From Polyangiaceae bacterium (lineage in GTDB: Bacteria; Myxococcota_A; Polyangia; Polyangiales; Polyangiaceae): 24,512 bases of DNA. The translations under genes were made by a program, and so were the position numbers. The notes under the pieces were generated by a model that saw only the letters and a list, made by a program, of their open reading frames with translations, did no database searches and was not told where the DNA came from. The DNA is taken from positions 1 to 24,512 of the forward strand of contig JANRKO010000042.1 in assembly GCA_033763455.1 (NCBI GenBank). Direction: 5' to 3'. Of the stretch, positions 17,569 through 24,512 are shown piece by piece; position 1 is the first letter of the stretch; the number at the start of each line of letters is the position of its first letter.

Positions 17569-18510
17569 GTGGTGGGATACAGGAAAGCTAGCGGGGTGAT
17601 GGCGAGCCGTATCGCAGTTCGGGCACGAACCTTCATTTGCAGCTCGCAAGTTTCGTTGATCTCACTTTTATCTTGCTCAACTCCTGTGAACTCCGGAAGC
17701 GCGGGAGCAGTTGTGCCGCAGGTACCCGCTCAGCCAATGCCCAAGCAAGCGCCCCCTGCACAGACTCGCTCGGACGAGAAGGTGCCGACCCCTGCATCAA
17801 AGGCCGCGGACGAATGTGTTGGTTTTGACCTTGGTATTTGCGCTGATGGGTCGTGCGTTGATGGGATTCGCTACCGGCGGCAGGTGACGGTGCGTTTCCC
17901 CCCGCAGATTGAAGCCTCAGTTGCGCTAGTGCCTGGTTGCGTGATCGCATTGGCCTGGTTCAAGGACCCAGAACTGTGGGCAAGCTGCAAATATGTGACA
18001 GAGCCAAAGGACCGAGCCCTGCGGCTGACCCAGTGTGGGGGCGACATGCGGTTGGGCGAGGAAAACACGGTAACGTCAAGTACCTTCGGGATTGGCACAG
18101 ACAACTGTCCCGTGGACCTTGCGATTAAGGTGCCCCTGGTAGACGTCAACTGTGGCGGTAAGGCGCCGCCGAAAATGCACCATTTTAGGGAGTTCAAGAG
18201 GGCCCATACCTACGGGCTTTCTCCAAAGAGTCCTGGCGCTAATGGGCAACCGTTCTTGGTCCGCGCTCAGGTTCGGTTCTGGGAGGGGACGACTGAGGAT
18301 GAGTACGCAGAAGTGCTGCGCATGGCTGCGCGGGCGGGCGGAAGGCCATTCGAGGGCGCCAACTTAGGCGTGGGAGGGAATGACGTCCATTTCGAGTTTC
18401 CTCCCACAATCACAGACGAGGGCTACGATAGAATCTACAGAGCCTTGTGGGCGCACCCCGCCGTCAGCGGCGTTCTTGGGGATGTGAAATTCACGAGGTT
18501 GGGTTGGTAA
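17569..18510 (+). CDS. Cassette lipoprotein copy A: 8-Cys central domain plus C-terminal subtilase-prodomain-like domain; putative protease inhibitor
   Basis: LLSC lipobox; clear paralog of 19627..20555 and 20974..21903; GTG start and TAGGAA are conserved in all three. The function is inferred. Confidence 0.8.
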   Translation: MVGYRKASGVMASRIAVRARTFICSSQVSLISLLSCSTPVNSGSAGAVVPQVPAQPMPKQAPPAQTRSDEKVPTPASKAADECVGFDLGICADGSCVDGIRYRRQVTVRFPPQIEASVALVPGCVIALAWFKDPELWASCKYVTEPKDRALRLTQCGGDMRLGEENTVTSSTFGIGTDNCPVDLAIKVPLVDVNCGGKAPPKMHHFREFKRAHTYGLSPKSPGANGQPFLVRAQVRFWEGTTEDEYAEVLRMAARAGGRPFEGANLGVGGNDVHFEFPPTITDEGYDRIYRALWAHPAVSGVLGDVKFTRLGW

Positions 18511-18588
18511 TCAAGGAATTCGCCTTCTGCCGCGTTGGCGCGTTTGATCGACTAGTTGAGAAATGAGAACGCTATGAGAAACCCACAG

Positions 18589-19457
18589 ACTGGATAACCT
18601 TGAGCTGGAAGAACCCCGCAGGAAGTGGAGCGCAGTGCCGATACAAGGGAGGGAGTAGCCAGGCGCATCCGGTCGGCGCGACGCAAACAGCGCTTGCAAA
18701 GAAGTATGTGTTCGAGAGTTGCACCAATGGCGCGCATCCCGGAGCGGAAATCATTGCAGACTTCGTCAAGCTTCGTGTTGATAATGGCGATAGCTATCAG
18801 CCGCGCACGAGGGTGCGCGCAGTGCTCGGGGAGGTATCTCCCTGTGCTAACCGCGGCCCATCCAGACGCATCCCGGCCCTACCCTTTCCTCAGTATGCAG
18901 GCACCGACTTTGCTCCACATCCGACTCTGGGCTTGGAGATTGGCAAGCGGCATCTTCTGCTTTCGTTAAAGGAAGGCGCCAATGTCGACGACATTGGCGC
19001 TCTGGAAGCGCTATCAGGCGGGCACCTCGTCGGGGCGATTCCCGAAGTGGCGTTGGTGATTCTGGAGTTCCCTTGGAGCGAGGATTTCCCCGCGTTGGAA
19101 GCAGCTCACGCAGGATTGAGCTCACATCCGGCCGTGTCCGCAGTGAGCTACGATATGCTGCTCGCAGAAACGGTAGCTCCGCCTGCTCGAACTTACCCCT
19201 CGAACTCGCCTGGCCTGCCCTGGCGCTGGGGGCGAGCAGATCCGCCCGGAACTGTTGGCAACTGGGGCCTCCGCTACGTTCGTGCGCCCTTGGCATGGAA
19301 CGCTAACGCGGCGCTCAGGAAGCGGGGAGCTTCCGTTCCTGTGATAGTCGTCGATGCTGGCTTTCAACGCCATGAGGATCTCCAAGGCATTCTCACTCTG
19401 GCAAAGCAGGTTACCTTCGACTCTTCAGGGAATTTGGTCGAAAGCAACGGAGTGTAT
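18589..19457 (+). pseudogene. Internal fragment of the S8 protease gene (N-domain, prodomain, catalytic Asp only)
   Basis: Collinear with ~22240-23108. It has no signal peptide or ATG (in-frame TGA at 18564) and breaks after GVY, before the HGT motif. The frame continues to 19598 through the cassette upstream segment. Confidence 0.9.
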
Positions 19458-19626
19458 GGGCACTCGACACGCACTTACCTCACCGCGAACATTGGCACCG
19501 AGAGCCTGGGGAAAACCGGGAAAACCCTCGGGTTCGAAAGGCACGCTAGGGACGGGCGTGAAACGTTCGAGCGAAGTTGCGAAATGCCAGTTGTGTGAGG
19601 GCGAGTTTCGATGTTAGGAACCAGCC

Positions 19627-20555
19627 GTGGCGGGTAGTTGGACAGCGAGAGGGACGCGAGCAGGCCGTTTGGCTTTTCTGGCGCGAATCTGCATTTGCGG
19701 CATACCGGTTTCGTTGGCCTCACTTTCGTCTTGCTCCACGCCGTCGAGCTCTGGGAATGGAGGCCCGGTGGTGCCACAGGCAGCGGTGCGGCCAGCGCCC
19801 AAGAAATGGCCCGCTCGGCAGACGTACTCGAACGAGAAGGTCCCGACGCCGGCTTCAAAGAGCGCGGACGAATGTGTTGGTTTTACCTAGGTACTTGCGC
19901 GGACAAGTCGTGCAGCGATCTGCTCCAATACCGACGCGAGGTGACGGTGCGCTTCCCCAACGAGATCGAAGCCTCGGTTGCACCAACGCCAGGCTGCGTG
20001 CTCACATTACCCTGGTTCAAGGACCCAGGACTGCGGGCACACTGTAAGTATGTTGCGGACCCGAGGGATCGGGCCCTGCGGCTGGCTGAGTGTGAGGGCG
20101 ACATGCAGCTGGGTGAGGGAAACACGGTAACGTCGAGTGCCTTTGGGATTAGCCGGAACGGGTGCCCAGAGGACTTCGAACCTCAGATCCGCCTCGTGGA
20201 CGTTAACTGTGGCGCCAACGAGCCGCCACGGATGCACCATTTTACGGAGTTCAGAAGAGAGCCTAGCTACGGGTTTTCACCGCGCAATCCAGGGGCGTAT
20301 GGGGAACCCTTTCTGGTGCGCGCTGACATTTGGTTTTGGGAGGGAACAACGGAGAATGAGTACGCGGAAGTGCTGGCGATTGCTGCGCGCGCCGGGGGGA
20401 AACCCTTGAGCGGCGGACGGGACAATGTCGTCGGGTTCGAATTTCCCCCAACGACAACTAACGATAGCTATGAAGAAGTTTGCCGGGCTCTCCGGGCCCA
20501 TCCGGCGGTGATCGGGGGTGGTGGTGACGTGCCTCTGCAGAGGGACGGTTGGTGA
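19627..20555 (+). pseudogene. Cassette lipoprotein copy B, 1-nt frameshift at ~19884
   Basis: ORF 19627..19890 matches the N-terminus of copy C and ORF 19638..20555 matches the rest. GGTTTTACCTAG here versus GGTTTTGACCTTG in copy A. Confidence 0.88.
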
Positions 20556-20613
20556 TGGCAAAGGGGCACATGGGTACACGCCTGGACCGCAGTTTTGGAA
20601 AGAATGGAAAGTC

Positions 20614-20854
20614 ATGGAAAATCAAGATTCAATGAAACAACGGGCTCTCACGCTTGCTATGGTGCTTGCGATGGGGTGCGGCTTCGGCTGCTCTCAGGCG
20701 CCTGAAGAGATGCTCGCGAAGCAATCAGCCTCGCTTCAAACAGCGGCTCCCTTGTGCGCCCCCGTTGAGCTCGTTGCCGAGAAGAGTTATTCACCCAGCT
20801 CCTGGGCGGACGCAACCGCGTGGCTCGACACTCAGCGGGCGTTCTTGCTGCCAG
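20614..20854 (+). pseudogene. 5' fragment (80 codons) of the S8 protease gene
   Basis: Near-identical to 21963-22203 (MENQ.SMKQ...WLDTQRAFLLP), then joined to the cassette upstream segment; the frame stays open to TAG 20964. Confidence 0.9.
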
Positions 20855-20973
20855 GTTGCAACTGGGGAAAACCCTTGGTGGCCAAAGGCGCAGGCGCGAC
20901 AGGCTTGAGACGTTCGGACGACGTTGCGAAATGCCAGTTGTGTGAGGGCGAGTTTCGATGTTAGGAACCAGGC

Positions 20974-21903
20974 GTGGCGGGAAGTTGGACCGAGAGAGGG
21001 ACGCAAGTGGGCCGTTTGGCTTTTCTGGCGCGAATCTGCATTTGCGGCTTACCGGTTTCGTTGGTCTCACTTTCGTCGTGCTCCACGCCCTCGAGCTCCG
21101 GGAATGGGGGCCCGGTGGTGCCACAGGCGGCGGTGCGGCCAGCGCCCAAGAAATGGCCGGATCGTCAGAAGTACTCGAACGAAAAGGTGCCAACGCCTGC
21201 ATCAAAGGCCGCGGACGAATGTGTTGGGTTTGACCTTGGTATTTGCGCTGATAAGTCGTGTCTTGATGGGATCAGATACCGGCGCGATGTGACGGTGCGT
21301 TTTCCGAAGGAGATTGAAGCCTCAGTTGCGCTAGTGCCAGGTTGCGTGATCACATTGGCCTGGTTCAAGGACCCAGAACTGTGGGCAAGCTGCAAGTATC
21401 TGGGAGAGCCAAGGGGCCGGGCTCTGCGGCTCACGCAGTGTGAGGGAGACATGCAGCTGGGTGAGGGAAACACTGTCACGTCGAGTGCCTTTGGGATTGG
21501 CGCGGACAACTGCCCCGTGCACCTTGAGACCAAGGTGCCCGTCAAGGACGTTAACTGTGGCGCCAAGGAGCCGCCACGGATGCATTATTTTACGGAGTTC
21601 AAAAGAGAGCATAGCTACGGGTTGTCGCCAAGAAGTCCTGGGGCCCACGGCAGGCCATTTCTGGCGACCACATACGTGTGGTTCTGGGACGGGACAACAG
21701 AGGACGAGTATGCAGAGGTGATGGGTATTGCGTTTCGGGCAGGGGGACGACCCCTGCAGGGGTGGGGAGGCAATGCCGTGACCTTTGAACTTCCGCCAAA
21801 CATAACGGATGAAGGCTACGAAAGCGTCAACCGGGAGCTGGAGACCCATCCGGCGGTAAAGACTGCTGCTGGTGACTTGCCCCTCCAGCGGGACGGTTGG
21901 TGA
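20974..21903 (+). CDS. Cassette lipoprotein copy C (intact), directly upstream of the catalytically complete protease; putative cognate inhibitor
   Basis: LSSC lipobox, 8 conserved Cys, C-terminal V.FW.GTTE.EY...AGGRP...FELP...HPAV...D.PLQRDGW. Confidence 0.82.
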   Translation: MAGSWTERGTQVGRLAFLARICICGLPVSLVSLSSCSTPSSSGNGGPVVPQAAVRPAPKKWPDRQKYSNEKVPTPASKAADECVGFDLGICADKSCLDGIRYRRDVTVRFPKEIEASVALVPGCVITLAWFKDPELWASCKYLGEPRGRALRLTQCEGDMQLGEGNTVTSSAFGIGADNCPVHLETKVPVKDVNCGAKEPPRMHYFTEFKREHSYGLSPRSPGAHGRPFLATTYVWFWDGTTEDEYAEVMGIAFRAGGRPLQGWGGNAVTFELPPNITDEGYESVNRELETHPAVKTAAGDLPLQRDGW

Positions 21904-21962
21904 TGACAAAGACGTCGATGGGTACGAGCCCTGTAGCGCAGCTTTGAAAAAAGGGGAAAGTC

Positions 21963-24413
21963 ATGGAAAATCAAAATTCAATGAAACAACTGGCTCTCGC
22001 GATTGCTGTGGTGCTTGCGATGGGGTGCGGCTTCGGCTGCTCTCAGGCGCCTGAAGAGATGCTCGGGAAGCAATCAGCCTCGCTTCAAACAGCGGCTCCC
22101 TTATGCGCCCCCGTTGAGCTCGTTGCCGAGAAGAGTTATTCGCCGAGCTCCTGGGCGGATGCAACCGAGTGGCTCGACACTCAGCGGGCGTTCTTGCTGC
22201 CAGCGAGTGTTGATGTGATTGAGGGCTTATCTGGCAATCACTGGGTAACCTTTACCTGGAAGAATCCCGCAGGCAGCGGGGGGCAGTGCCGGTACAAGGG
22301 GGCGAGCAGTCAAGCCCATCCAGTCGGCCCTACGCAGACAGCGCTTGCGCAGAAGTATGTTTTCGATAGCTGCACCAGTGGGGCACGTCCAGGCACGGAG
22401 ATCGTTGCGGATTTTGTTAAGCTGCATGTCGACAACGGAGATAGCTATCAGCCGCGTACGGAAGTTCGAGCCCAGCTCGAGGAGGTGTCCCCGTGCGTTA
22501 GCCGAGGTGTATCTAGGCGTATCCCGGCGTTGCCCTTTCCGTCGTATGGAGCATCGGAATTCGCTCCGCATCCGACTTTCGGGTTGGAAATCGGCAAACG
22601 GCATCTGCTGCTTTCGTTGAAAGATGACGCCAACATGGATGACATTAGGGCCATTGAGGGGCTGTCGGGGGGGCGGATAGTAGGTGCGATCTCCGAGGTA
22701 GCGCTGGTGGTTCTGGAGTTCCCTTGGGAGGAAGATTTCGCTGCGTTAGCAGAGGCTCAGGCTGCGATCGGTTCGCATCCAGCAGTTTCGGCGGTCAGCT
22801 ACGATATGCTTCTTCAAGAATCTGCAGTTCCGCGCCCCCGAACGTATCCCGCGCCCTCACCGGGCCTACCCTGGACGTGGGGCGGAGCGGACCGGCCTGG
22901 AACCACAGGCAATTGGGGCCTTCGCTATATTCGCGCGCCCTTGGCGTGGAACGCGAACGCTGCACTCAGGAAGCGGGCAGCATCCGTTCCAGTAATCGTG
23001 GTGGATTCCGGCTTTCAGCGCCACGAGGATCTCCAAGGAATTCTCACCCTCGCAAAACAAGTGACGTTCGATCAAGGCGGTAACTTGGTGGTAAGTCCCG
23101 GAGTGTACCAGGATAATGATCCTGTCGTTGCCGAGACCAGCCACGGGACGGCGACCGCCGGGATCATTGGGGCCAGATGGGGGAACGGGCGCTACATCGA
23201 TGGCGTGACGCCGTTCGCTACGATCACGGGGGCGGGCGTGATTTCTCAGCTGAAGCCGGTGCAACTCGCAGGAATGGTGGACACGATGGTTCGCGCCGCG
23301 CTGGACCCGCAATCGTCGAGTCGCGTGGTGAACATATCGCTCAGCCTCAATCTTGGTAAGCAATGCTTTGACTCCACGGGGGCGTTGACACGACCAGGCA
23401 ACATAGCAGGACAGTATCGCTGCGATCCGGGCTTGATCACCGAAACCGACGGCCCGCATCCGAGCAGCACCTGCGACGCGGCGGCTTTGCGTGCCAGCAT
23501 TGAAAAGGCTGGCAAAGCTTTTGCCGACGCGGTTGCCGCCCTTCAAACCTTCAACAAGAAACCTCGCCCGGTCCTCTTCGTCGTCGGCGCCGGCAACGAT
23601 TCCGGACCCGAAGAGCTTCAAGGCTGCATCGCCGGAACCCCCCGAGGAGGCTTGGGTGATTTCCCCGCACATTGGTCAAGTCCAATGGCCTACGCAGCGA
23701 TAAAGATACCTGCAGTGGCGCCTCACATGATCGTGGCCGAGTCCATTGGCCCCAAGAATGAACCCGGTATCAGCGTGCCCGTGCTCCGGCGTTCCAGCTT
23801 CAGCAATTTGGTCACTGTGCCTGGTCGCGGCCTGTTCGCTCCCGGAGAGAAGATCCAATCTTTGGCAGGGGGTGGCTCGCTTTCCACCGTGCAGGACGAA
23901 TCCGGTACCTCCTTTTCCGCACCAATGGTTGTCGGCGCGGCAGCCTTCATCGCTGCTGCTAAGCCCGAATTGACGAATCAGCAGGTTCGAAAAATCCTGG
24001 TCGACGAAGGCGCACCGTTTCCGAAACTTGTGGTGTCTTCGCAGACGGATCGAGCTCTCGATCTAGCGCGTTCACTGCGCGCAGTGGACAAGGTTGCTGG
24101 GGGAAACACGATTGGCCGCATGCTCGCGGACATGAACGATGCTACGCGAGATGGCTTTACGCGCGTTGCCTACGGCCCCGCTTTTTCCCACGTCACCGCT
24201 ACTGGCACCAAAGCAGATGTGGCGTCGTTCACCGAGGAATCAGATGGCATCGTCGATATGCGGGATTTTCGGCGTCTTCGCGATCTCTTGCTCGCGTCGA
24301 ATGGACGAACCATCATTCAGGACGTTACCAACCCTTCGACCAATCCGGCACTCGACCTCAATGGCGATGGTCTAATTAGTTCTCATCCAGAAACGGCAAG
24401 AGCTCGAAAATAA
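21963..24413 (+). CDS. S8 (subtilase) serine protease, predicted lipoprotein; possibly 3'-truncated
   Basis: GFGC lipobox; triad D348 (VIVVDSG), H394 (SHGTATAG), S650 (SGTSFSAP); oxyanion N545 (GAGND); VVNISL; prodomain at ~22602-22820; DGIVDMRD and DLNGDG Ca-binding-like motifs near the end. Confidence 0.93.
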   Translation: MENQNSMKQLALAIAVVLAMGCGFGCSQAPEEMLGKQSASLQTAAPLCAPVELVAEKSYSPSSWADATEWLDTQRAFLLPASVDVIEGLSGNHWVTFTWKNPAGSGGQCRYKGASSQAHPVGPTQTALAQKYVFDSCTSGARPGTEIVADFVKLHVDNGDSYQPRTEVRAQLEEVSPCVSRGVSRRIPALPFPSYGASEFAPHPTFGLEIGKRHLLLSLKDDANMDDIRAIEGLSGGRIVGAISEVALVVLEFPWEEDFAALAEAQAAIGSHPAVSAVSYDMLLQESAVPRPRTYPAPSPGLPWTWGGADRPGTTGNWGLRYIRAPLAWNANAALRKRAASVPVIVVDSGFQRHEDLQGILTLAKQVTFDQGGNLVVSPGVYQDNDPVVAETSHGTATAGIIGARWGNGRYIDGVTPFATITGAGVISQLKPVQLAGMVDTMVRAALDPQSSSRVVNISLSLNLGKQCFDSTGALTRPGNIAGQYRCDPGLITETDGPHPSSTCDAAALRASIEKAGKAFADAVAALQTFNKKPRPVLFVVGAGNDSGPEELQGCIAGTPRGGLGDFPAHWSSPMAYAAIKIPAVAPHMIVAESIGPKNEPGISVPVLRRSSFSNLVTVPGRGLFAPGEKIQSLAGGGSLSTVQDESGTSFSAPMVVGAAAFIAAAKPELTNQQVRKILVDEGAPFPKLVVSSQTDRALDLARSLRAVDKVAGGNTIGRMLADMNDATRDGFTRVAYGPAFSHVTATGTKADVASFTEESDGIVDMRDFRRLRDLLLASNGRTIIQDVTNPSTNPALDLNGDGLISSHPETARARK

Positions 24414-24446
24414 AGCTGTTCTTGATGGTTAATGATGGAAATAAAA

Positions 24447-24511
24447 GCATCGGAGTGCGTGTTTTCTCGGGGTTCCTCCAAGAACGCTCGAAAGAAACGG
24501 CACTCCGATGC
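24447..24511. repeat. Long hairpin at the window end
   Basis: GCATCGGAGTGC (24447-24458) and GCACTCCGATGC (24500-24511) form perfect 12-bp arms, with further imperfect pairing (TCG/CGA, GTTC/GAAC). Confidence 0.8.
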
Positions 24512-24512
24512 G

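Noticed and set aside
19458..19598. RTYLTANIGTE...ERSCEM as a conserved protein C-terminus
   Set aside because: It is in frame with two fragments but read in another frame after the third, and it is absent from the complete protease; more simply explained as read-through into upstream DNA.
17569..21903. Diversity-generating retroelement explaining the paralog variation
   Set aside because: No reverse transcriptase in the window, differences include C/T changes and indels rather than adenine-only changes, and the repeats are whole genes.
20974..24413. Naming the pair popD/popC or sitI/sitA
   Set aside because: Only an analogy; I see no recognisable sequence match, and both proteins here carry lipoboxes.

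Overview
High-GC bacterial DNA, probably Myxococcota (inferred from a MYXO-CTERM-like tail, DCDD repeats, DUF1552 and a DUF4388/roadblock pair). The window opens inside the left end of an IS3-family element inserted into a GH3 glycoside hydrolase gene. Positions 0.9-16.6 kb hold mostly ordinary genes: a surface protein with a CxxCH motif and Asp-rich repeats, an XylR-like regulator, two paralogous AraC regulators, an orphan DUF1552 gene, thuA, selO, a lipoprotein amidohydrolase, a small CxxCH protein, DUF4388 plus roadblock, amtB, a CBS protein and pterin dehydratase. The most unusual part is 17.3-24.4 kb, a tandem array of a two-gene cassette. Three mosaic copies of an uncharacterised ~310-aa Cys-rich lipoprotein alternate with pieces of a lipoprotein subtilase (S8) gene. 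Three protease copies are broken before the catalytic His, and only the last keeps the D/H/S triad. The C-terminal ~80 aa of the lipoprotein aligns by eye with the protease's own prodomain. This suggests a protease plus free-standing propeptide-mimic inhibitor system arranged like a polymorphic toxin-immunity locus (inference). The window ends in an AT-richer stretch with a long hairpin that may be another IS end. All family calls come from motif recognition; no searches were run.
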